A stretch of DNA of 11,695 nucleotides from Promethearchaeota archaeon (GTDB taxonomy: Archaea > Asgardarchaeota > Hermodarchaeia > Hermodarchaeales > Hermodarchaeaceae), in NCBI GenBank assembly GCA_048938295.1, contig JBHLMI010000020.1:1-11695 (forward strand), in the 5' to 3' direction. Below the pieces are notes generated by a model, which worked only from the letters and a program-made list of their open reading frames with translations, ran no database searches and was not told the DNA's origin. Made by a program: the position numbers and the translations under genes. This document shows positions 1-6,754 of this stretch, one piece after another (the stretch's first letter is position 1; every line of letters starts with the position of its first letter).

Positions 1-2990
1 AATGCCGCCGATTCTATCCGCATCACCACCATGAAGCCCACCAACAACCCGTATATCCCCAACGCTTCAGCAAGGACAACGGCAACGAGCCCTTTACTGA
101 AGGCACTCGGTTCCAAGGAAATCGTTCGAGCTAATGCAGCACCAGCATGGGCAATACCAAAACCTGCTCCAAAACAGGCAAAACCTACTGCTAGAGCAGT
201 ACCCAACGCCATTAAGCCTTGGGTGAGGTCTGTCACGGGATCAATCCGCATAATCAACATGAAACTCATTAACAAGCCATATATTCCAAGCGCCTCCGCC
301 AAGACCACACTGACCAAGCCTTTGGAAAATACTTCAGGAGACGTGACTAGGCTCACGCAGAGAGCAGCACCAGCCAAGGCAATGCCTATTCCGCCTCCAA
401 TAGCAGCCAACCCTATGGCGGCCCCCGCACCGATACCCACCAACCCCTGCCCAATAAAGGCAACAGATTCCATCCGCATGAGGAGCATAAAACTCGATAG
501 CAAGCCATAAATCCCCAACGCTTCGGCTAGGACAACGGCGACTAAACCCTTGCTAAATATCTCCGGGCGATGTACTAATCCCTCCGACAAGGCTGAACCA
601 CTTTTTGCAATACCAATACCAGCACCAATGGCTGCTAAACCGATACTCAAAGCGGCACCAACAGCAAGAAATCCCGATGTGATGTCGGCGACGCTGCCAA
701 TGCGCATCAAGAGCATAAAACTCGCCAGCAATCCGTAGATGCCAAGTGCCTCCGCCAAGACCACACTCACAAGCCCCTTACTGAAGACCTCTGGGCGAGC
801 AGCAAGGCTCCGTGATAAAGCCGCCCCAGCAAGCGCAATGCCAAAACCAGCACCAATGGCGGCTAGCCCAATGGCAAGACCCGCAGAAACGGCAACAATA
901 CTCTGACCAATCTGATCTACGCCGTCAATCCGCATGAGCAACATGAAACTGGTTAGCAAGCCATAGATGCCCAACGCTTCCGCTAAAACAACACTCACCA
1001 AACCCTTACTAAAGGATTCAGGAGCGTAAACGATGGTTCGAGACATGCTGGCCCCTGCACGAGCAATACCGAGACCGGCACCGAATGCAGCAAGACCGAT
1101 TGCTAGGCCTGCCCCAATACCGACAAGTCCCTGGGCGATTCCAACTGGGTCGACGTTGATTGTATCGATTCGCATCAATAACATAAAGCCCGCAAGTAAG
1201 CCATAGATCGCCAACGCTTCTGCCAGAACGACGCCTATAAGCCCTTTACTAAAAATCTCTGGACGTTCAGCCAGGCTTTCTGAAAGGGCACTTCCGGCTG
1301 AAGCAATACCAATTCCAGCCCCTATTCCTGCCACACCGACAGAGATTGCTGCAGCCATCCCCATGAAGCCTTGACCTAGGCCAGTGATTGAATCAATGCG
1401 CATGAGCAACATGAAACTTGCCAAGAGCCCATAGATGCCAAGTGCCTCCGCCAACACGACGCTGACAAGCCCCTTACTAAAGGCTTCAGGTGCAACAACT
1501 AGTGTCCGATTAATTGCTGAACCCGCTTGAGCGATACCATACCCTGCTCCGATAGCGGCGAGTCCTATCGCTAAGGCTGCTGCTAGCCCCACCATGCCCT
1601 GCCCAAGTAGGCTAACCGATTCAATGCGCATCAAGAGCATAAAACTCGCCAGCAATCCATAGATGCCAAGTGCCTCCGCTAACACGACGCTGACAAGTCC
1701 TTTACTGAAGACCTCAGGACGATCGACGAGGCTACGTGATAAGGACGCACCTGCAGCAGCAATACCGATTCCCGCACCGAAGGCGGCTAATCCCACGCCC
1801 AAGGCAGCACCAACAGCTATCAAGCCCTGAGCTTCGATGGCCACGGGATCAATGCGCATGAGCAACATGAAACTTGCCAAGAGCCCATAGATGCCCAACG
1901 CTTCCGCTAAAACAACACTCACCAAACCCTTACTAAACGCTTCAGGAGCTTCCACCAGAGCTTTGCTCAGTGCGCCACCGGCAGCTGCGATGCCGATACC
2001 GGCACCCAGACCTGCAATCCCCACGGCGAGTCCAGCTCCAATCCCCACTAGCCCCTGAGCAACAAGGGTTGATGATTCAATGCGCATCAAGAGCATGAAG
2101 CTCGCTAGTAACCCATAAATGCCAAGTGCCTCCGCCAACACGACAGACACGAGGCCTTTGCTGAACACCTCTGGTCGCTTCGTTAGACTCTCAGAGAGAG
2201 AGGCTCCACTTTTTGCTATACCGATACCTGCGCCGAAGGCGGCTAAACCTACTCCTAATGCAGCGGCAATCGCTATCAATCCTTGACCAAGGAACGCCAC
2301 AGATTCGATCCGCATCAACAGCATGAAACTAGCCAGAAGCCCGTAAATTCCCAAAGCTTCGGCTAACACGACGCCGACTAGTCCTTTACTGAAGGATTCA
2401 GGAGCAATAACTAGAGCCTTATTAAGCGCTGCCCCAGTTTGGGAGATACCAATACCCGCACCGAGTGCTGCGAGGCCAATTCCGAGTCCAGCCGCAATGG
2501 CGATTAATCCTTGCCCGATGTTGGCAGCAGACTCTATGCGCATCAGGAGCATAAAACTGGTCAGCAATCCATAGATCGCTAATGCTTCTGCGAGCACCAC
2601 GGACACCAGTGCCTTGCTGAAGGTTTGGGGTGCCGCTGCGGTACTGGTTGCCATGGCACTTCCTGCTTTCGCTATGCCGATGCCGGCTCCTATGCAAGCG
2701 AGGCCAATTGCTAGACCGGCACCGAGGGCGACGAGTCCTTGTGCCTCATTAGCTATTGCGCCTATCCGCATCAGGAGCATGAAACTTGCGAGTAGACCAT
2801 AGATTGCTAACGCTTCAGCCAGGACAACGGTGATCATGCTTTTACTGAAGGATTCAGGTTTCTCAGCGACGGCGCTGACCATGGCGCTTCCACTGAAGCC
2901 TATGCCGATTGCAGCACCCGCTGCTCCAAGCCCTGCCGCAAGCACAGCACCAAATGCTGTGAAGACTTGACCAATGTTTAGGAGGACTAC
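1..2990 (-). repeat. Intragenic tandem repeat, 13 diverged units of 228 bp (one of 240 bp), each encoding one proteolipid hairpin
   Basis: Spacing between successive Glu codons is 228 nt in 11 of 12 intervals and 240 nt between units 8 and 9. Outer-helix segments are near-identical between units, while inner helices and loops are diverged. Confidence 0.95.
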
Positions 2991-2999
2991 TTGGAGCAT
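1..2999 (-). CDS. atpK: A/V-type ATP synthase proteolipid subunit K (c), giant concatemer of >=13 fused hairpins; 3'-truncated at the window edge (>=999 aa)
   Basis: Manual translation from ATG 2999 (MLQVVLLNIGQVFTAFGAVLAAGLGAAGAAIGIGFSGSAMVSAVAEKPESFSKSMITVVLAEALAIYGLLASFMLLMRIG...) has no stop down to base 1. There are 13 copies of GxGxG inner helix, xPE loop and LAEAL[GA]IYGLL outer helix. Glu codons lie at 2814-2816, 2586-2588, 2358-2360, 2130-2132, 1902-1904, 1674-1676, 1446-1448, 1218-1220, 978-980, 750-752, 522-524, 294-296 and 66-68. It starts 15 nt downstream of the atpI stop, the canonical I-K order. Confidence 0.96.
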   Translation of the reverse strand, partial: MLQVVLLNIGQVFTAFGAVLAAGLGAAGAAIGIGFSGSAMVSAVAEKPESFSKSMITVVLAEALAIYGLLASFMLLMRIGAIANEAQGLVALGAGLAIGLACIGAGIGIAKAGSAMATSTAAAPQTFSKALVSVVLAEALAIYGLLTSFMLLMRIESAANIGQGLIAIAAGLGIGLAALGAGIGISQTGAALNKALVIAPESFSKGLVGVVLAEALGIYGLLASFMLLMRIESVAFLGQGLIAIAAALGVGLAAFGAGIGIAKSGASLSESLTKRPEVFSKGLVSVVLAEALGIYGLLASFMLLMRIESSTLVAQGLVGIGAGLAVGIAGLGAGIGIAAAGGALSKALVEAPEAFSKGLVSVVLAEALGIYGLLASFMLLMRIDPVAIEAQGLIAVGAALGVGLAAFGAGIGIAAAGASLSRSLVDRPEVFSKGLVSVVLAEALGIYGLLASFMLLMRIESVSLLGQGMVGLAAALAIGLAAIGAGYGIAQAGSAINRTLVVAPEAFSKGLVSVVLAEALGIYGLLASFMLLMRIDSITGLGQGFMGMAAAISVGVAGIGAGIGIASAGSALSESLAERPEIFSKGLIGVVLAEALAIYGLLAGFMLLMRIDTINVDPVGIAQGLVGIGAGLAIGLAAFGAGLGIARAGASMSRTIVYAPESFSKGLVSVVLAEALGIYGLLTSFMLLMRIDGVDQIGQSIVAVSAGLAIGLAAIGAGFGIALAGAALSRSLAARPEVFSKGLVSVVLAEALGIYGLLASFMLLMRIGSVADITSGFLAVGAALSIGLAAIGAGIGIAKSGSALSEGLVHRPEIFSKGLVAVVLAEALGIYGLLSSFMLLMRMESVAFIGQGLVGIGAGAAIGLAAIGGGIGIALAGAALCVSLVTSPEVFSKGLVSVVLAEALGIYGLLMSFMLIMRIDPVTDLTQGLMALGTALAVGFACFGAGFGIAHAGAALARTISLEPSAFSKGLVAVVLAEALGIYGLLVGFMVVMRIESAA

Positions 3000-3002
3000 A
3001 TT

Positions 3003-3009
3003 TGGTCAC
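3003..3009 (-). promoter_or_regulatory. Possible weak ribosome-binding site (GTGA) for atpK
   Basis: The minus strand reads TAA AGCATGTGACCAAAT ATG. GTGA lies 6 nt before the ATG and resembles the GGTGA core used at nuoM. Confidence 0.35.
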
Positions 3010-3014
3010 ATGCT

Positions 3015-4967
3015 TTATGTGGATGTGATGGTCCAGGTTTCTGGTAAACTGAGCGGTCGATATTCATAGCCGGTGCCGGCATAGAATTTCAAGAAGGCTT
3101 CCACCCAGTGGAGACGAAGAGTATGAATGAATGAGAGGAGCCCTTCCATGAGGAGGACGAAGACAGTACCGAGGATAAGCATGGCGATGAACATGACCCA
3201 GGTCATGATGTCGCCTGTAGAGAGTTGGAGGATGATTGCATTGATCTCTACAACCGCGATGCCACCGAGGAAGAGAAAGGTTTTCGCAAAGCCAGCGTGC
3301 GCCATGTTGAGAGCGAGGATACGAGAGTAGCTGATGGTGTTGCTGATGCTTTCAATGAGGTGTTCAAGGCCTTCCATGAAGCCGTCCATGAAGCCAAAGA
3401 ATACCATCCCACCCAGGAACATGAGGATGGCGGGGAGAATGAGAAAGAGCCCCATTTCCACGATTGGCCACATCATGAAGTTGATGCCGAATTGGAAAAT
3501 CATGAAGGCCAGGCCCCAGAGGAAGTAGAGCCAGATGATGGGACCGAAGATGGCGTGCTTCACGTCGCGGTGGCGGAGTTTGTTGATGGCATCGAAGCCG
3601 ATGGCGATGCTGAGGTGGATGAATCCGATCATGATGCTCAGGACGAACAGGATCCAGGTGGGACTGGCTACCGTGGCTGAGAGACCTTCAGGCATTTCAA
3701 AGGCGCTGAACCAGATGGGTGTAGTGTGCCCATGGCCGGGGTCGAGGATGAAGGCGTTATAGGGGCTGGTGGGATCGAGGAACCAATTGACGCCTCCGTC
3801 GAAATCGAAGAACTGGAAAAGCACGACAAGGATGTTTTTCATACCTTCGCCAAAGGGTGAGTACTTGAGCGCCTGGTACACATAGACCCCGTTGAATTGG
3901 AGCCCCGTGATGTCAATGCCCATGAACTCGCCGTACAAGACGCCAAAAAAGATCGATGCTATGGCGATAACCATAATCATCCCAGAACCCTGAATGAAGT
4001 AATTAACCATCTCACCAGCGTCGACCTTACGGCGTTTCGCAATGAAACCAAGGGATGCAAACAAGAAAAGGAGAATCCCGTGACCGATGTCGCCGAACAT
4101 CAAACCGAATATGATTGGGAAGCCAAGGGCCATGAACCAGGCGGGGTCGATTTCAGTGTGGTTGGGGAGCCCGAAGGCGTTGGTGAGGTTTTGGAAGGAG
4201 CGGAGCCAGCGGGAGTTGGTTTGCTTGGTGGGTGGGGCGGTGGGTTCTTCGGGTTCGATTTCGCCTTCGAGTGGGCCGTAATCAGCAGGGTAGTGACCGT
4301 GTTCGGGTTTGTCGCTGTGTTTGTGAATAGTAAGGGCGATGCTGAGTGCCTTTTGTTCTTCAACCGTTTTGGTGAATTTCTTGACCTTTTGGGTTGGAAC
4401 CCAGCCATACATGACGTAGGTTCGTTTGGTCTTGCCGAAGAGTGTCTTGGTTTCTTCAAGTTTGTGTTCGCGTAGAACGAGTTCTTCCCACCCTAAAAGA
4501 GCTAAACGATGTTCCTTGGCGAGGGCTTTGATTTCTTTTTTTACTGTCTTTGCTGTTTTTTTGTCCTCTTTGGCTTCTGCGGTTGTCAGTCTTTGAGAGA
4601 GGTCGTTATAGTCATCTTCGATGGCTTTGAGGGCTTTTTCCATATTTTGGAAATGAGTTTCATCGGGAATAGCCGGAACTGCTAATGGGTCTTTGACTTT
4701 GCCTCCGCGATTAATGTTCATTTCACCAATGAGTATTGTTATACGTGATTGGAGATTGGAGAGGTAGTAGTATCGCTCGGAAGCTTCGACGGGATGTAGA
4801 GATTTGAGATGAGCTTTTTTGCTTTCCTTTACATCTGCGAAATGGACAACTCCAGTACTTGCAATGAAGCGTAGTGCTGAATCCATTTCGGTATCAATGA
4901 CAACAGCCGTAATGTTACTCATTTTTGCTGGGAGCATCGGAGGCAAGTTAAACACCATTAGCGTCAT
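3015..4967 (-). CDS. atpI: A/V-type ATP synthase subunit I (a); true start probably 4967, 4958 or 4937 rather than 5057
   Basis: Family motifs are present: N-terminal MLPAKM, YGWVP, PPTK..N, FGLPNHTEIDP, FGLMFGDIGHG, LYGEFMG, SNTISYSRILAL (essential Arg at 3321-3323) and LRLHWVEAFLKFY..G. Soluble N-terminal domain followed by a hydrophobic C-terminal domain. The first 30 codons of the track ORF do not resemble the family. Confidence 0.95.
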   Translation of the reverse strand: MTLMVFNLPPMLPAKMSNITAVVIDTEMDSALRFIASTGVVHFADVKESKKAHLKSLHPVEASERYYYLSNLQSRITILIGEMNINRGGKVKDPLAVPAIPDETHFQNMEKALKAIEDDYNDLSQRLTTAEAKEDKKTAKTVKKEIKALAKEHRLALLGWEELVLREHKLEETKTLFGKTKRTYVMYGWVPTQKVKKFTKTVEEQKALSIALTIHKHSDKPEHGHYPADYGPLEGEIEPEEPTAPPTKQTNSRWLRSFQNLTNAFGLPNHTEIDPAWFMALGFPIIFGLMFGDIGHGILLFLFASLGFIAKRRKVDAGEMVNYFIQGSGMIMVIAIASIFFGVLYGEFMGIDITGLQFNGVYVYQALKYSPFGEGMKNILVVLFQFFDFDGGVNWFLDPTSPYNAFILDPGHGHTTPIWFSAFEMPEGLSATVASPTWILFVLSIMIGFIHLSIAIGFDAINKLRHRDVKHAIFGPIIWLYFLWGLAFMIFQFGINFMMWPIVEMGLFLILPAILMFLGGMVFFGFMDGFMEGLEHLIESISNTISYSRILALNMAHAGFAKTFLFLGGIAVVEINAIILQLSTGDIMTWVMFIAMLILGTVFVLLMEGLLSFIHTLRLHWVEAFLKFYAGTGYEYRPLSLPETWTITST

Positions 4968-5002
4968 TTTTTGCGGAATGGAGATACTCCAATAACTGTG
5001 TG

Positions 5003-5018
5003 GGTAAAAAAGGCTTCC
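5003..5018 (-). promoter_or_regulatory. Candidate archaeal BRE/TATA-like promoter for atpI-atpK
   Basis: The minus strand reads GGAAG CC TTTTTTA CC about 40 nt upstream of ATG 4967: a purine-rich stretch followed by a T-rich box. Pattern match only. Confidence 0.25.
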
Positions 5019-5217
5019 TCTAGTTTGGGCTCTGGTTATTTGCCCAACCCATAACATTTATTACACGTCAAGAAGGCTGTCTGTGTTGGTGAAAATCCAT
5101 GGGGTATTTAGTTTGCTTCCATTAGCCCCTCGGTGACGCCAAGTTCCATCTCTTTTTCTAACCTGATTACTTCGAAAGTGGTGACTAAACTTAAGGTTAG
5201 AATAGGAAAGAGTAAGT

Positions 5218-5225
5218 GGAGGTGG
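5218..5225 (+). promoter_or_regulatory. Shine-Dalgarno site of cysS
   Basis: GGAGGTGG lies 5 nt upstream of the in-frame GTG at 5231. Confidence 0.65.
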
Positions 5226-5230
5226 ATGTG

Positions 5231-6718
5231 GTGACACCGAGAGAGAAACGTCGAATATCCGCCGAACTTCGAATTTATAATTCGTTGACGCGGAACAAAG
5301 AGCCCTTTGTGCCACTTGAGTCCGGGAAAGTGCGTATGTATACGTGCGGGTTGACGGTAAATTATCTGATGCACGTGGGGCATGCACGGACGTATTTAGT
5401 CTGGGATGTCGTGGAAAGGTTCCTTGAATACCTGGGATATGAAGTTAGGCATGTATCTAACATCACCGACATCAGTGTTGACGATAACATCTTGAAGAGG
5501 GTGCGTGCGAGCGGTGAGGCGTTTCAGCAGTTGACGACCCGTCATACCAGAGACTACTATCGGGATCGGCAATTGTTGGGGATTCGTGACCCGTATACCT
5601 ATGCAGTGGCGACTCAGCACATCCAGGAGATGATTGAGCTGGTGCAGCAACTCATCGACCGTGGAGTGGCGTATGAAGCTGAGGATGGAGTCTATTTTCG
5701 AATCAGTGCTTTTCCACAATATGGTCGACTGGCTGGTATTGATCCCAGTGAACTAAAAGCAGGTGCCGGTGGTCGCGTAGACAAAGACGAGTACGATAAA
5801 CAGCATTTTGGGGACTTTGTGCTCTGGAAACGAGCTAAACCGGGCGAACCCTTTTGGCAGAGCCCTTGGGGGTCTGGACGTCCCGGTTGGCATATTGAGT
5901 GCAGTGCGATGTCCATGAAATACCTTGGAGAAACCATCGACATCTCAGGTGGTGGTGAGGATAATCTCTTTCCCCATCACGAGAATTCCATTGCTCAAGC
6001 CGAAGCCGCCACGGGTAAGCCATATGTTCGCTATTGGATGCATGTCCGACACCTCAAGTTGGGTACTGAAAAAATGTCAAAGTCCACTGGGAACTTGGTC
6101 ACCGTTCGGGATGTCGTTGACCAATTTGATGCCCCCACACTCCGGCTATTCCTCCTGTCCACTCATTACCGCAAACCCATCACCTTCGCAACTGACGCTC
6201 TACAACGAGCTCAAGTGCAGGTTATTCGGATACGTCAGCTGCTCAGTCGACTCACAGCCATCACAGCAAATTCAACCAATGTCGCCAAAAATCAATCCAA
6301 AGAAGATACGTTGTTAAAGAAAGCAAGGTTCCAGTTTGAACAAGGCTTATTGGACGATTTCAATACGGGACGCTTGGTGAGCCATCTGTCTCAAGTTGTC
6401 AATCAGCTGCAGAGGATATTAGAAGCACAAGAAGGGGTAGATCCAGCACAAGCCCAGACATGGCTCAAGTTCTTCAACGATGTAGGGACAATTCTGTTTG
6501 GCGACCTCTACCACACTGAAGTCTTGCCACAGGTTGATCCAGTTGTTGTTTCGCTTATTGAGTTGTTGCTTAGTGCTCGAGCACGGTTGCGGGAAGAAAA
6601 ACGCTATGAAGAGGCAGATAAGATTCGCAGAGAGCTTCAACAGGCTGGATTCGAAATTGCGGATACAAGGACAGGCACTAGCTGGTGGATTAAGTCTCTA
6701 AGGCATGAAGAAAAATAG
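5231..6718 (+). CDS. cysS: Cysteinyl-tRNA synthetase (class I) with a divergent active site; start probably GTG 5231 (track gives 5216)
   Basis: LRIYNSLTR, YTCGLTV, HVGH (HIGH motif), NITD, DFVLWK, SPWGSGRPGWHIECSAM, FPHHEN, KMSKS and DDFNT are present. The C-terminal anticodon domain RARLREEKRYEEADKIRREL...IADT matches the CysRS R-x3-R-x2-K-x5-D-x2-R pattern. Confidence 0.93.
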   Translation: MTPREKRRISAELRIYNSLTRNKEPFVPLESGKVRMYTCGLTVNYLMHVGHARTYLVWDVVERFLEYLGYEVRHVSNITDISVDDNILKRVRASGEAFQQLTTRHTRDYYRDRQLLGIRDPYTYAVATQHIQEMIELVQQLIDRGVAYEAEDGVYFRISAFPQYGRLAGIDPSELKAGAGGRVDKDEYDKQHFGDFVLWKRAKPGEPFWQSPWGSGRPGWHIECSAMSMKYLGETIDISGGGEDNLFPHHENSIAQAEAATGKPYVRYWMHVRHLKLGTEKMSKSTGNLVTVRDVVDQFDAPTLRLFLLSTHYRKPITFATDALQRAQVQVIRIRQLLSRLTAITANSTNVAKNQSKEDTLLKKARFQFEQGLLDDFNTGRLVSHLSQVVNQLQRILEAQEGVDPAQAQTWLKFFNDVGTILFGDLYHTEVLPQVDPVVVSLIELLLSARARLREEKRYEEADKIRRELQQAGFEIADTRTGTSWWIKSLRHEEK

Positions 6719-6721
6719 GAT

Positions 6722-6744
6722 GCACCCTATAAAAATCCGGGTGC
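6722..6744. terminator. Possible terminator hairpin between convergent cysS and nuoN
   Basis: GCACCC(6722-6727), an 11-nt loop and GGGTGC(6739-6744) sit in the 36-bp gap between convergent stops. On the minus strand the loop has a T5 run and the stem is followed by ATCCTATTTTTCTT, an archaeal-type oligo-T signal. Confidence 0.4.
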
Positions 6745-6754
6745 TGCGGTGTAT

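Noticed and set aside
31-2802. Plus-strand ORFs 31-510, 550-738 and 2614-2802 with recurring IRxxSxKLxSxP motifs, and minus-strand ORF 2422-2697
   Set aside because: They are antisense or off-frame shadows of the atpK repeat. Their periodicity simply mirrors the FMLLMRI/GLLAS codons.
1-2990. 228-bp periodic repeats as a CRISPR array or non-coding satellite
   Set aside because: Unit length is a multiple of 3, variation is mostly synonymous in the conserved part, there are no unique spacers, and the whole array is one open frame of a known protein family.
3127-4475. Several plus-strand ORFs (including acidic 3225-3680 and 3897-4475) opposite atpI
   Set aside because: Typical antisense frames of a hydrophobic membrane-protein gene, with no independent motifs or RBS.
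4968-5057. 30-aa N-terminal extension of AtpI given in the ORF track
   Set aside because: No family similarity before MLPAKM. The region looks like promoter or leader, and downstream ATGs at 4967, 4958 and 4937 fit better.
5100-5230. T-box riboswitch or tRNA upstream of cysS
   Set aside because: No T-box consensus, specifier loop or cloverleaf can be seen, and T-boxes are a bacterial feature.
5061-5387. Minus-strand ORFs 5061-5387 and 5108-5383 as the missing ATPase subunit H/G
   Set aside because: They overlap cysS antisense, lack the Glu/Lys-rich coiled-coil composition, and have no recognisable motifs.
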